The translations under genes were made by a program, and so were the position numbers. A model generated the notes under the pieces. The model ran no database searches and had not been told where the DNA came from. It worked only from the letters and a program-made list of their open reading frames with translations. Below, in pieces: positions 19,876 through 30,127 of a DNA stretch of 64,000 bases (within the stretch, counting starts at the first letter, position 1; each line of letters starts with the position of its first letter). The stretch is taken from contig JADZBC010000009.1 of assembly GCA_020852295.1 (NCBI GenBank), positions 216,058 through 280,057 on the forward strand. Reading direction: 5' to 3'. Source of the stretch: a bacterium (GTDB lineage: Bacteria > Patescibacteriota > Saccharimonadia > CAILAD01 > JADZBC01).

Positions 19876-21123
19876 ATGAAAAAGCGCCTGTATTTTATCG
19901 CGGCCCGTTACTTTAGCTTCTTTGCCCGACTTAAACTGCAGCGCTGGCATCCACGGATCTTTGTCGTTACCGGATCGAGCGGAAAAACCACGACGCTTCA
20001 TCTGCTAGAAGCGCAGTTTGGTTCATTAGCTCACTTCTCGCATCATGCCAACAGTGCCTTTGGGATTCCGTTTGATATTCTTGGGCTTCGTAGGCGTTCG
20101 CTGAAACGAGTTGAGTGGCTGAACCTTTTTCTATCCGCACCAATCAAGTGTTTGTTACCAACGCGTTCCGAGAAAATATATATTGCTGAAGTTGACTGCG
20201 ATCGTCCAGGGGAAGGAGAATTTCTCGGGCAGCTTCTTCGGCCAGAGGCTTTGATCTGGCTTTCGAGTACCCAGACCCATGCCAAGAACTTTGACCACCT
20301 CGTCGGTGATAAATATAGCACGGTCGAAGAAGCGATCGCCGACGAGTTTGGTAACTTGGTTTCCGCCACGACCGGTGTTGTTATCGCAAATGCCGATAAT
20401 ATCGGCATCGCTGCGCAGCTACAACGCACCAAGGCGCGCATTGTCGAGGTGACGGATGACATGATTGAAGTTTTTCGCCCTAGTCTTGATCGGACTCACT
20501 TCACCATCGAATCAGTTAAATGTAGCGTGCCAGCGCTGGTGCCGCGTGAAGTTGGCTTATCGGTCGCGGCGATTAAGAAGCTTGCTGAGTACGCAGAGCA
20601 GGATTTTGATGAGGCGTTTGGCCAATTTGTGTTGCCACCGGGCAGAAGTTCGGTTTTTCGAGGCAAGAAAGACACAGTACTAATCGACAGTACATACAAT
20701 GCCTCACTTGATGCAGCGGAAGCCATGATTGAGCTTTTTGCGCAGCTGAAGGCCGACAAAAAATGGCTCGTCATAAGTGATATTCTGGAGCAGGGTCGCT
20801 CTGAGGCCGCAATACATCGTCGGCTCGCTGAGGCGATTGGCAAGTTAAAAGCTGATAAAATAATTGTGATGGGGCCGCGCGCTGGTAAACACACTGCTCC
20901 AGTACTCGATCAGCTTGGCGTTGACTACATCGCAGTCGATGGGCCAAAGCAGGTGCTTGATGTGCTGCGACGCAACATCAAGGGCGGCGAGACAATCCTT
21001 TTTAAGGGTACTCGTTTTTTAGAGGGGGTTGTCGAAAAGCTCCTCGCCAATCCAGATGACGCGCAGCTCCTGTGTCGCCGTGAGCCAGTCTGGCAAAAAC
21101 GAAGAAAGCGATTTGGAATATGA
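19876..21123 (+). CDS. Second MurF-like Mur ligase
   Basis: VTGSSGKTT, IDSTYNAS, DILEQG and LFKGTR motifs. Confidence 0.82.
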   Translation: MKKRLYFIAARYFSFFARLKLQRWHPRIFVVTGSSGKTTTLHLLEAQFGSLAHFSHHANSAFGIPFDILGLRRRSLKRVEWLNLFLSAPIKCLLPTRSEKIYIAEVDCDRPGEGEFLGQLLRPEALIWLSSTQTHAKNFDHLVGDKYSTVEEAIADEFGNLVSATTGVVIANADNIGIAAQLQRTKARIVEVTDDMIEVFRPSLDRTHFTIESVKCSVPALVPREVGLSVAAIKKLAEYAEQDFDEAFGQFVLPPGRSSVFRGKKDTVLIDSTYNASLDAAEAMIELFAQLKADKKWLVISDILEQGRSEAAIHRRLAEAIGKLKADKIIVMGPRAGKHTAPVLDQLGVDYIAVDGPKQVLDVLRRNIKGGETILFKGTRFLEGVVEKLLANPDDAQLLCRREPVWQKRRKRFGI

Positions 21124-21809
21124 AGAAAATCTATATCATACATGGCTGGGCATACAACCTCGATAAGTGGAATGACTTTTGTAAACACCTCAAGCAAGCA
21201 GGTTATGAGCCGGTCCAGTTAAGAGTACCGGGCCTAACAGAACCAAGCGATCAGACCTTCACGATTGATGATTATGTTGGATGGCTCGATGAACAGCTCA
21301 AGCACGAGAAGGGCGAGCGCGTCGTAATGGCACACTCAAATGGCGGCCGTATCGCATTGCACTATCTAGCACAGCACCCCGGTGCGATTAGCAAACTCAT
21401 ACTGGTTGATAGCGCGGGTAATGATATTGCGGGGCGCGTCGGGTGGAAGCGACGTGTCATAACGCCGCTTGCAAAGGTCGCGAAACGGTTTATTCGCTCG
21501 GCCGGTTATCGCAAGGCGGTCTATAAATTTATCAAGGCAACTGATTACCACAATGCACCGCAAAACATGAAGGCCACGATGCAAAATATGCTCGAGTCAG
21601 ACCGAGGTTTTGATGAGCAGATACGGGACATACATGTGCCGTGCTTGATAGTATGGGGCGAACGTGATCAGTTGACTCCGCTGCGCGACGGCAAGAAGTT
21701 GGCCGAATTACTACGCGCCAAGCTACATGTGATCAAAGAAGCGCGCCATGCACCATTTGCAACTCATCCTCGTGAGGTTCTTGCGCTGGTAAAGGAATTC
21801 TTACAATGA
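21120..21809 (+). CDS. Alpha/beta hydrolase
   Basis: IHGW, AHSNGG nucleophile elbow, WGERD and ARHAP motifs. Confidence 0.88.
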   Translation: MKKIYIIHGWAYNLDKWNDFCKHLKQAGYEPVQLRVPGLTEPSDQTFTIDDYVGWLDEQLKHEKGERVVMAHSNGGRIALHYLAQHPGAISKLILVDSAGNDIAGRVGWKRRVITPLAKVAKRFIRSAGYRKAVYKFIKATDYHNAPQNMKATMQNMLESDRGFDEQIRDIHVPCLIVWGERDQLTPLRDGKKLAELLRAKLHVIKEARHAPFATHPREVLALVKEFLQ

Positions 21810-23002
21810 TCTTTCAGTCGCTCGGCTCAAACTATACCTTCAATGACGTCTTGCAGGCCTTATTTGGTCTGGGCTCAAAGTCTGACAACAAAAAGCTCGC
21901 CAAGCTATTGGCCGAGCGCTACGGCGGCGAAGTGCGGCTGTTTTATAAGGGGCGTGAGGCAATGGCGGTTGGTCTTGGTGCGCTGCCTGTCAAAGGCAAG
22001 AAAGTCGCCATCCTAGGCTTCACCTGCTATGCCGTTTATCAGGCCGTGGAGTCGGCCGGAGCAGAGGCTGTTTATATCGATTTGCCCAGCGATAGTCTCA
22101 ACTTTACAGTCGATGAGTTGCAAAAAGCTTGCAAGAAACACAAAGATATCGCAGCGGTGATCGTCCAGAACACGCTTGGTGTGCCAGCGCCGATTACGAA
22201 GATTGCAGAATTTTGCCGTAAGCATGATGTGGTCCTCGTGGAGGATCTTGCCCACAGTATTGGCGCGCGCTATAGCTCGGGCGAGGAAGCGGGGACAGTT
22301 GGTGACCTGGTTTGTCTTTCTTTTAGTCGCGATAAAGTGATCGATGCTGTCTCAGGTGGTGCACTGGTAGTACGCAATGAAAAGTTGCGCGCTAAAGTTG
22401 GCGATGTGGCAGTGCGGCGACTGAGTAAAGCCTTGGGCTGGCGAGATCGGATCTATCCATTGCTCGCGACACTGGTTCGTCAAAACTATATGATCGGACT
22501 TGGTAAAATCTTTCATGCAATCTTTATTCGGCTTGGTTTTATGCAGAAGGCGACTGATTCCTCAGCAGCAAATCCAGCCCAGCAGCTACCGGCTTGGAAT
22601 GCACGCGCGGCGCTCAACTGCTATTCCGATCTAGAAACCAATCTTAATCATCGCCGCCTTATCGCCACCATTTATGCTGACAACTTGCCAGTCCGATTGC
22701 TGGTTGGCGATGTTGAGGCAGCCGTGACGCGGGGGACAAACCTACGCTTTCCGATTGCAGTTACGGATCGTGATGGGCTTGTGGCGGATTTGAAAAAATT
22801 CGGTATCCACGTGAGCGATACTTGGTACGATAGCCCAGTTGCGCCACCGCGGCACCTTAGTAAGACCAACTACCAAACCGGAGACTGTCCGAATGCTGAG
22901 CGGCTGTGCGACACAATCATCAACCTACCAACCCACATTGGGGTATCCAAGATGATGGCCAAACTTATCTGCGAAAGGATCGAGCGGTGGCAGTCAAAAT
23001 AG
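21806..23002 (+). CDS. DegT/DnrJ/EryC1/StrS family PLP enzyme
   Basis: EDLAHSIG, SFSRDKVIDAVSGG and INLPTH motifs. Confidence 0.85.
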   Translation: MIFQSLGSNYTFNDVLQALFGLGSKSDNKKLAKLLAERYGGEVRLFYKGREAMAVGLGALPVKGKKVAILGFTCYAVYQAVESAGAEAVYIDLPSDSLNFTVDELQKACKKHKDIAAVIVQNTLGVPAPITKIAEFCRKHDVVLVEDLAHSIGARYSSGEEAGTVGDLVCLSFSRDKVIDAVSGGALVVRNEKLRAKVGDVAVRRLSKALGWRDRIYPLLATLVRQNYMIGLGKIFHAIFIRLGFMQKATDSSAANPAQQLPAWNARAALNCYSDLETNLNHRRLIATIYADNLPVRLLVGDVEAAVTRGTNLRFPIAVTDRDGLVADLKKFGIHVSDTWYDSPVAPPRHLSKTNYQTGDCPNAERLCDTIINLPTHIGVSKMMAKLICERIERWQSK

Positions 23003-24009
23003 TTAAAGATCTATCGCAGGCTGCCTGGGAAAAATTCATTGCTGCCCATCCAGACGCAAATTTTTTGCAATCTTGGTGGTGGGGTGAATTTAACGAGCAG
23101 ATTGGGCGCTCGGTGTATCGACTTGGCTATGAAAAATCTGGCAAGTTGGTTGGCGTGATGCTGGCGGTAGTAGAACCGGCGCGACGTGGCCGTTATCTGA
23201 CCGTTGCCGGTGGCCCGATACTAGATTGGCGTGATGGGTCGACAGTTGCAGCCTGGGTTGATTCACTGAGGGATTTGGCTCGTCGGGAGCGCTGTGTGTT
23301 TGTGCGCGTGCGGCCGCAGCTTTTAGCTGATACATTCTCTCGTGAGCTTTTTGAGCGACAGGGGTTTCGATCGGCACCGATGCATCTCAGTGCCGAATTA
23401 ACATCCCAGCTTCAGCTCGATCGATCAGAAGAAGATTTACTCGCCAATATGCGGCAACAAACGCGCTATGAGATTCGGCGTGCCCAAAAAATCGGTATCG
23501 AGGTGATCGTCACCAAAGACAGCGCTGCACTTCATGATTTTTACAAACTGCAACTCGAGACTGCACAGCGACAGGGCTTCGTGCCGTTTAGCGAGAAATT
23601 CCTAACCACCCAATTTGCAGTCTTTGCTCAGGCAGATAGCGCACTGCTCTACACCGCGTCCTACGAGGGTAAAGTCCTGGCTCAGGCTTTTGTTATTTTC
23701 TATGGAAAGGAAGCGGCTTATCACTATGGTGTTTCGACTCTCGATGGCCGGAAGTATCCAGGGGCGTATCTCATTCAGTGGGAGGCGATCCGAGAGGCCA
23801 AGCGGCGCAATATGTCGCGCTACAATTTTTGGGGAGTTGCACCACACGGCGAGACCCAGCATCGTTTCCATGGCGTGTCTGTTTTTAAGCGCGGCTTTGG
23901 CGGCGAAGACGTCGAGTATCTGCATGCCCGGGATCTTGTGATTGCACCGGCACGCTATGGCGCTAGTTGGTCTATTGAACAAATTAGGAAGCGCTTGAGG
24001 CGGGTGTAG
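22987..24009 (+). CDS. FemABX family peptidoglycan bridge aminoacyltransferase
   Basis: FLQSWWWG, TRYEIRRA, IQWEAIREAK, YNFWGV and FKRGFGG motifs. Confidence 0.9.
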   Translation: MAVKIVKDLSQAAWEKFIAAHPDANFLQSWWWGEFNEQIGRSVYRLGYEKSGKLVGVMLAVVEPARRGRYLTVAGGPILDWRDGSTVAAWVDSLRDLARRERCVFVRVRPQLLADTFSRELFERQGFRSAPMHLSAELTSQLQLDRSEEDLLANMRQQTRYEIRRAQKIGIEVIVTKDSAALHDFYKLQLETAQRQGFVPFSEKFLTTQFAVFAQADSALLYTASYEGKVLAQAFVIFYGKEAAYHYGVSTLDGRKYPGAYLIQWEAIREAKRRNMSRYNFWGVAPHGETQHRFHGVSVFKRGFGGEDVEYLHARDLVIAPARYGASWSIEQIRKRLRRV

Positions 24010-24464
24010 TGAATCCGACTAATCAAACTGGTAAGTTGCCCGAAACTGCGCCCGACCAACAGGCTCAGTGGATATACCGCTGGAATTGGGGCGCGTTTGT
24101 TTTTGGATGGTTATGGGGCATATTCAACAGAGTATATATTGAGTCAATGGTCCAGTTTGGGGTTATCACATTTTTTGCCGGCATACTGTTGATAGACCAT
24201 ATGGTAGCGCATTTCGCAAAGCTCGTTTGCTTGATAGTGATAATGTGGAGCGCAATATATTTCGGGATGCGTGGCACTGAGCTAGCATGGCGCAAAGATC
24301 TGGTGAAGGATGTGGAACAATTTTTAAAACGCCAGCGGGGTTGGATGTATGCCGCCCCATTTGGCATCGTACTAATTCCGATTTTCGTAGTTGCGATGGT
24401 TTATCTTGTAATGATGGTGTTATTGGTGCTCGTCGCAATTTGGATGCTTGGCAAGACGGGCTAG
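24009..24464 (+). CDS. Membrane protein (WNWGAF motif)
   Basis: RWNWGAFVFGWLWG and several TM segments. Confidence 0.7.
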   Translation: MNPTNQTGKLPETAPDQQAQWIYRWNWGAFVFGWLWGIFNRVYIESMVQFGVITFFAGILLIDHMVAHFAKLVCLIVIMWSAIYFGMRGTELAWRKDLVKDVEQFLKRQRGWMYAAPFGIVLIPIFVVAMVYLVMMVLLVLVAIWMLGKTG

Positions 24465-24510
24465 TGGTGCACGGAGGCAAAATTAACCTGATTTTGATAC
24501 AATTACAGCT

Positions 24511-26922
24511 ATGACAAACTATGAACCGCAAAAAGTAGAGAAAAAGTGGCAAAAGGTCTGGGAGGAAACCGGACTCTATAAGACTACGCAGCACCCCAAG
24601 AAAAAGTTTTACAACTTAGTAATGTTCCCATATCCATCGGGTAACCTGCACATTGGTCACTGGTACAACTTCGCACCGGCCGATACACTGGCTCGCTATG
24701 CCCGGATGCGAGGCCATGACGTACTGAGCCCTATTGGGTTTGACAGTTTTGGTTTGCCGGCAGAAAACGCGGCGATCAAGCGAGGCCTCAAGGCCGACAA
24801 GTGGACTGATCAAAATATTGCCGATATGACTGAACAGCTCAAGGCAATCGGAACCATGTACGACTGGGATAAAACTCTCAAGACGTCGGATCCAGAATAT
24901 TATCGCTGGACGCAATGGATGTTTTTACAGCTATATCATGCCGGTAAAGCCTACCAAAAAGATGGCTTAGTCAATTGGTGCCCAAATGACAAGACAGTGC
25001 TCGCCAATGAGCAAGTCATTCATGGTAAGTGCGATCGATGTGATGCCGTGGTGGAGCGCAAGAATCTGAAGCAGTGGTACTTCAAGATTACCGATTATGC
25101 CGAACGGCTCATTAAGGACCTCGATGCGGTTGAATGGCCTGAGCGTATCAAACAGATGCAGCGCAATTGGATTGGTCGAAGCCAGGGCGCGCGCATCAAA
25201 TTCCCCGTCGATGGCACTGAAGAAGTTCTTGAAGTTTTTACGACTCGACCGGACACAATCTTTGGTGTGACGTATATGGTTGTCGCGCCGGAGCACCCGC
25301 TAGTCGACGTGATTACTACTGAAGAGCAGCGGTCAGCTGTAGTACAATATATTGAGAAAGCTGGCAGTAAAACGGATGTTGATCGCATGGAGGCCAAGCA
25401 AAAGACAGGCGTTTTTACTGGGCGCTATGCGGTGAATCCGGCAACGAACGAACAGATCCCAATTTGGGTTGGCGATTATGTCTTGATGGGCTACGGCACT
25501 GGAGCAATCATGGCCGTTCCAGCGCATGACGAACGCGACTTCGAGTTTGCCACCACGCACGGGTTGGAGATACGACAAGTTATTGCCGGTAAGCAACTAC
25601 CTCATCTTGAGAATGGCAAGCTGATCAATTCAGCGAAGTTTGACGGCCTGAGTGTTGACGATGCAAAGTCTGAGATAACTGCTTGGCTCGGTGAAAAGCA
25701 TGTCGGCCACGCTGAAGTGCAGTATCGTCTGCGCGATTGGCTGATCTCTCGACAGCGCTATTGGGGCGCGCCAATTCCGATCATCTACTGTGATAGCTGT
25801 GGCGTAGTGCCAGTACCGGTGAAGGACCTGCCGGTTGTGCTGCCACTCGATCAGGAGTTTGATAAGTCAGGCCGATCACCACTGCTAGACCATCCTGACT
25901 ACACGCACGCGAAGTGCCCAGAGTGCGGGAAAGACGCTCGACGCGAAACCGACACCATGGACACATTTGTAGATTCGAGCTGGTACTATCTGCGCTATGT
26001 TGATCCAAGCTATCAGGATGGTCCGTTTGACCACAAGGCTGTGTCGCGATGGCTGCCAGTTGATCGTTATATCGGTGGTGCGGAACACGCCGTCATGCAT
26101 TTGCTGTACGCGCGCTTCTTCACAAAATTCTTGCACGATGAAGGCCATGTTGATTTTGTAGAGCCTTTCGCGAAGCTCATCAACCAGGGGATTATCTTGG
26201 GGCCTGATGGCAATAAGATGAGTAAATCCAAAGGCAATGTCGTTGATCCCGATGACTACGTCAGCAAGTATGGTTCCGACGCCGTCCGCGTGTATATTAT
26301 GTTCATGGGCCCTTATGACGAAGGCGGCCCATGGGATCCAAACCGATTCGAGGGTAGCTATCGTTTCATCAAAAAGATCTGGGATATGGTTGGCGGGGAA
26401 TACGAACCCACCAAGATTGACGGTGTAGCCTCGACAGAACTAGATAGCCGACTTCATAAAACGCTTGCGCGCGTCACCGATGATCTTGAGAATGTGAAGT
26501 TCAATACCGCTATTGCCGCCCTCATGGAGCTGGTAAATTATGCCGGTGGTATCCGAGCGGCCGGTTCGGTGGATTCGGCACAGTGGCAGGAATTTCGTCT
26601 CACACTAACACGGATGATGGCGCCGTTTGCGCCACACCTGAGCGAAGAGCTCTGGGAGATGCTCGGTCAAACCGAGAGCGTCCATAAAGAGGCTTGGCCA
26701 GCATTTGATCCAGCGAAGCTCGTTGAAGAAAGCCTCACGATAGTTGTGCAGGTCAATGGGAAGCTGCGTGGTCAATTTATGGTTGCGCGTGATACTGAGC
26801 GAGCGGTTGTTGAGAAGCAGGCACTCGAACTTGCCGAAGCGCAAAAATGGACACAAGATCGAGAGATCATCAAAGTTATTTTGGTACCAAACAAGCTCGT
26901 CAACATCGTTACAAAATCATGA
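24511..26922 (+). CDS. leuS: Leucine--tRNA ligase
   Basis: MFPYPSGNLHIGH, editing motifs FTTRPDT and GTGAIMAVPAHD, KMSKSKGN. Confidence 0.98.
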   Translation: MTNYEPQKVEKKWQKVWEETGLYKTTQHPKKKFYNLVMFPYPSGNLHIGHWYNFAPADTLARYARMRGHDVLSPIGFDSFGLPAENAAIKRGLKADKWTDQNIADMTEQLKAIGTMYDWDKTLKTSDPEYYRWTQWMFLQLYHAGKAYQKDGLVNWCPNDKTVLANEQVIHGKCDRCDAVVERKNLKQWYFKITDYAERLIKDLDAVEWPERIKQMQRNWIGRSQGARIKFPVDGTEEVLEVFTTRPDTIFGVTYMVVAPEHPLVDVITTEEQRSAVVQYIEKAGSKTDVDRMEAKQKTGVFTGRYAVNPATNEQIPIWVGDYVLMGYGTGAIMAVPAHDERDFEFATTHGLEIRQVIAGKQLPHLENGKLINSAKFDGLSVDDAKSEITAWLGEKHVGHAEVQYRLRDWLISRQRYWGAPIPIIYCDSCGVVPVPVKDLPVVLPLDQEFDKSGRSPLLDHPDYTHAKCPECGKDARRETDTMDTFVDSSWYYLRYVDPSYQDGPFDHKAVSRWLPVDRYIGGAEHAVMHLLYARFFTKFLHDEGHVDFVEPFAKLINQGIILGPDGNKMSKSKGNVVDPDDYVSKYGSDAVRVYIMFMGPYDEGGPWDPNRFEGSYRFIKKIWDMVGGEYEPTKIDGVASTELDSRLHKTLARVTDDLENVKFNTAIAALMELVNYAGGIRAAGSVDSAQWQEFRLTLTRMMAPFAPHLSEELWEMLGQTESVHKEAWPAFDPAKLVEESLTIVVQVNGKLRGQFMVARDTERAVVEKQALELAEAQKWTQDREIIKVILVPNKLVNIVTKS

Positions 26923-27458
26923 TCTATTTCGTGCGTCATGGTGAATCGGAGGCGAATGCGGCCGACGTGCTGGCTGGTTCGCAAATAGACTCACCAATGA
27001 CCGAAAAGGGCCGTGCCCAGGTGGGCCAAGCCATAGAGTACATAAAGCAACATGGCATCAAAATAGACCATATCGTAAGCTCGCCCATGATACGAACGCG
27101 GGAGACGGCAGAAATGATTGCACAAGCGATAGGGATCAACCCCAAATCGATTACATATGATCCACGGTTAATCGAGCATGATTGTGGTAGCTTGACCGGG
27201 CACAGTACGCAGGTGAGCTCGGTCGAACTTGTCACCGCCCCAGGCGCGGAGAGCGCCGAGGCTCTGTTGCGTCGTGTGCAGGCTGCACTACGCGACATTA
27301 TGAAGTTCGACGGCAATACGCTTATTGCCAGTCACGCAGGAGTTGGCCGCATGATAATTGCGAAGCATCGCGGTATGGACCTGAATCATTACAACGATGT
27401 TGAAGGGATTACAAACGGCGCAGTCGTGGAGCTTGATCTGACGGGCGTCGTTGACTAA
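26919..27458 (+). CDS. Histidine phosphatase family protein
   Basis: VRHGESEAN, SSPMIRT and SHAG motifs; ATGA overlap with the leuS stop. Confidence 0.9.
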   Translation: MIYFVRHGESEANAADVLAGSQIDSPMTEKGRAQVGQAIEYIKQHGIKIDHIVSSPMIRTRETAEMIAQAIGINPKSITYDPRLIEHDCGSLTGHSTQVSSVELVTAPGAESAEALLRRVQAALRDIMKFDGNTLIASHAGVGRMIIAKHRGMDLNHYNDVEGITNGAVVELDLTGVVD

Positions 27459-27501
27459 CAGCAACCCATTGCCACTTTCGCCTAAATCTGGTATTATGAG
27501 C

Positions 27502-27621
27502 CAGAAGTTATGCTTGAGTAGCATACTGGCTGCGGCCAAACAAAGCTAAAAGACATAGCCGACTTATGAGGTGATCTTCCTTCCAGGTGAAGGACGCTTT
27601 GTCGCTACTCCCAAGCTTCTG
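27502..27621 (+). ncRNA. Candidate structured leader RNA upstream of rpmF
   Basis: Promoter TTGCCA-17-TATTAT (27469-27497); nested stems CAGAAG/CTTCTG, GAGTAGC/GCTACTC, ACAAAGC/GCTTTGT and TCCTTC/GAAGGA. Confidence 0.5.
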
Positions 27622-27640
27622 AATTAAAAAGGAGATAACC

Positions 27641-27808
27641 ATGCCGGTACCAAAGAAGCGTACGACTGCTGCTACCAAGGGTCAGCGTCGTAGCCACGAC
27701 AGCTTGAAGAGCGCAGCTCTTATCCTCGAAAAAAGTAGTAATGTGCGTGTGCCACGCCGACTCCACAAAGCCGCCAGTCTCGGTATCGCTCGCGTTCGCA
27801 AAGGTTAG
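27641..27808 (+). CDS. rpmF: 50S ribosomal protein L32 (Cys-less)
   Basis: Hand translation MPVPKKRTTAATKGQRRSH...; SD AAGGAG; below the ORF-track cutoff. Confidence 0.9.
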   Translation: MPVPKKRTTAATKGQRRSHDSLKSAALILEKSSNVRVPRRLHKAASLGIARVRKG

Positions 27809-27816
27809 GTGCCAAT

Positions 27817-28299
27817 ATGGCGTCAAATCGTCATCTCGGTCGAGTCGTCGCCCTACAGACACTCTATGAGTATGATTTTCGACAAAGCCTAGCTTTACCT
27901 GAGCTTACTAGTGACATCAACAAGATGCTCGAGCGCAATCTAGCGGTCTATGCGGATAATTTCGAAGAAAATGATTTTGTTCGAGACCTAGTAGAGGGTG
28001 CCATGAAGAACCAGCAGAAAATTGACGATATGATCGCGCCGGCAGCTCCGGAGTGGCCGATCGATCAGATTGCCAAGATTGATAAAGCTGTGTTGCGATT
28101 GAGCCTCTACGAGCTGATGATTAAGCGTGAAGTACCACCAAAGGTTGCGATCAACGAAGCCGTTGAGCTCGCCAAGGCATTCGGTGGCGACAACTCAAGC
28201 AAGTTTGTAAATGGCGTACTTGGCACAATTTATCGACAGAGTGATTTTTATGAACCAGAAGAAGACACCAAAGCGTCCAAACAAAAAGACGCGAAATAG
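27817..28299 (+). CDS. nusB: Transcription antitermination factor NusB
   Basis: R..ALQTLY, VAINEAVELAKAFG and KFVNGVLG motifs. Confidence 0.95.
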   Translation: MASNRHLGRVVALQTLYEYDFRQSLALPELTSDINKMLERNLAVYADNFEENDFVRDLVEGAMKNQQKIDDMIAPAAPEWPIDQIAKIDKAVLRLSLYELMIKREVPPKVAINEAVELAKAFGGDNSSKFVNGVLGTIYRQSDFYEPEEDTKASKQKDAK

Positions 28300-28756
28300 C
28301 CAAAATCAGAAAGCACGGGCCGTACGCGAATACTCGGCGGGTGGTATTATTTTTCGTCGTTCCGAAAAAGGGCTCGAGTTTTTGCTAATCCAGGACCTCA
28401 AGAATCGCTGGACGATAGCGAAGGGTCATGTCGAATCTGGTGAAACGCTTGAACAAACAGCCCTACGTGAGATTACCGAAGAAACCGGCCTACGTAGTCT
28501 GCGCATCATCGATCAGCTTGATAAGTTACACTTTTTCTATCGTATGAAGGGCAAGCTCATCTTCATGACCAATTTTGTATTCCTGATTGAGGCAACAGAT
28601 CCAAGCGAAGAGTTGGTTCCCGAAGAGTCAGAGGGGATTATTGATGTACGCTGGTTTGATGAAGCAACCGCGCGAGCAATGATAGAATATAAAGCAACCA
28701 AAGTATTGTTTGACTCAGCGATTCGAAAGATTCGCGATCTGGAGCCAAAGGCCTAA
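28250..28756 (+). CDS. NUDIX hydrolase
   Basis: Nudix box GHVESGETLEQTALREITEETG. Confidence 0.9.
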   Translation: MNQKKTPKRPNKKTRNSQNQKARAVREYSAGGIIFRRSEKGLEFLLIQDLKNRWTIAKGHVESGETLEQTALREITEETGLRSLRIIDQLDKLHFFYRMKGKLIFMTNFVFLIEATDPSEELVPEESEGIIDVRWFDEATARAMIEYKATKVLFDSAIRKIRDLEPKA

Positions 28757-29439
28757 TGTTTGACCACAAATCAATTGAAAAAATACTCGGTATCGAGTTT
28801 TCAAAACCAGAGCTGATCCGCCAGGCATTTATTCATCGCAGCTATATCAACGAGCATAGCAGTTCAGGATTGTCGCATAATGAGCGACTGGAGTTCTTGG
28901 GTGATGCGGTGCTCGAGCTGGTCGTGACTGATCATCTGTATCGCAATTTTGATAATCCAGAAGGTGAGCTGACGAGCTGGCGGAGTGCTCTGGTGAAGAC
29001 CGAATCGCTGGCTGCCCAGGCGCAAAAACTTGAGCTCGGCCAGTACTTGCAGATGAGCCGCGGTGAAGCCAAAAATGGTGGCCGTGAACGCGTTGCCCTT
29101 CTGGCTAACTTATTTGAAGCCATCATTGGTGCGATTTATCTTGATCATGGCTATGAAGCCGCCAAGAACTTTGTGCACGAACATATTATTGCTCAGCTGG
29201 ATCAGATTTTGAGCTCACGAAGCTACATTGATGCCAAGAGCCAATTCCAAGAACTTGCCCAAGAGCGTGAAAATACTACGCCACATTATCGAGTGGTCTC
29301 CGAAGAGGGTCCTGATCACAACAAGATTTTCGAAGTAGCAGTGTTTCTTGGTGCAGTGGAGAAAGGTCGCGGCAAGGGTAACTCTAAGCAATCTGCTCAA
29401 CAGGCTGCCGCGGCTGACGCCCTAAAGTCTTATTCATAG
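28756..29439 (+). CDS. rnc: Ribonuclease III
   Basis: HNERLEFLGDAVL signature and C-terminal dsRBD. Confidence 0.97.
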   Translation: MFDHKSIEKILGIEFSKPELIRQAFIHRSYINEHSSSGLSHNERLEFLGDAVLELVVTDHLYRNFDNPEGELTSWRSALVKTESLAAQAQKLELGQYLQMSRGEAKNGGRERVALLANLFEAIIGAIYLDHGYEAAKNFVHEHIIAQLDQILSSRSYIDAKSQFQELAQERENTTPHYRVVSEEGPDHNKIFEVAVFLGAVEKGRGKGNSKQSAQQAAAADALKSYS

Positions 29440-29528
29440 CGCACAAGGTTGACCCTGTCTGGCGATGGGGCCATCATAGATTCTAGGCATAGTGCCAACC
29501 GGAATGGCCGAACTGAGGGGGTGAACTC

Positions 29529-29999
29529 ATGGCACGGAAATCCGGTGATCTAATTGATATCCATGTGTCGGTCGACTCACTCGTACCGTCTGAGGTAGTG
29601 GTAAGGGAGACGAGCTTTCCGATCTCGGCGGGTCGAGTTGTCGCGCTGATGAAGCGGGGGGAGTGTTGGCGCAACCAGCTTGAGCCCCATGACGCGAGTG
29701 AAGGTGTCGAACTACCCGAATTCGGTCCCGTTGCTGACGCGATCAACCGTGCGTTGGCAGATGATGATCGGATCAGTGGCTGGTTTATCGTCGATGCTCA
29801 CACACTCATTGTCCAGCTCAATGACTTAGGCTGGGATGATGAGCGGACCAACGGCGCACTCGAGGTGGCGCAGTGGCTGTGCGAGGTGCTGCAGCGCGCA
29901 CTAAGCGCAACTGGCAGTCGACGCCACATCAAGTTCGCACCACCGGCCTTCACGCTGTTCGCGGACTACCACTGCACTCCCATGGATGTCACAACCTAG
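29529..29999 (+). CDS. Hypothetical protein, GC-rich cassette
   Basis: Candidate promoter TTGACC-17-CATCAT (29449-29477), SD GAGGGGGTGA, hairpin after the stop. Confidence 0.65.
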   Translation: MARKSGDLIDIHVSVDSLVPSEVVVRETSFPISAGRVVALMKRGECWRNQLEPHDASEGVELPEFGPVADAINRALADDDRISGWFIVDAHTLIVQLNDLGWDDERTNGALEVAQWLCEVLQRALSATGSRRHIKFAPPAFTLFADYHCTPMDVTT

Positions 30000-30127
30000 A
30001 TCTCTCTAGTCCTGGAGGGGTCTAGAGAACGCAATTATATTTCTCGATACTTGACCAGGGCACCAACTACTCCTATGCTTAGGGCGAGCGACCGCTCGCA
30101 CCATCTACAATCTGGAGGTACGTCACG

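Noticed and set aside
29461-29520. Fluoride riboswitch (GGCGATGG start)
   Set aside because: The motif lies in the promoter spacer, the downstream consensus is missing, and the gene is not fluoride-related.
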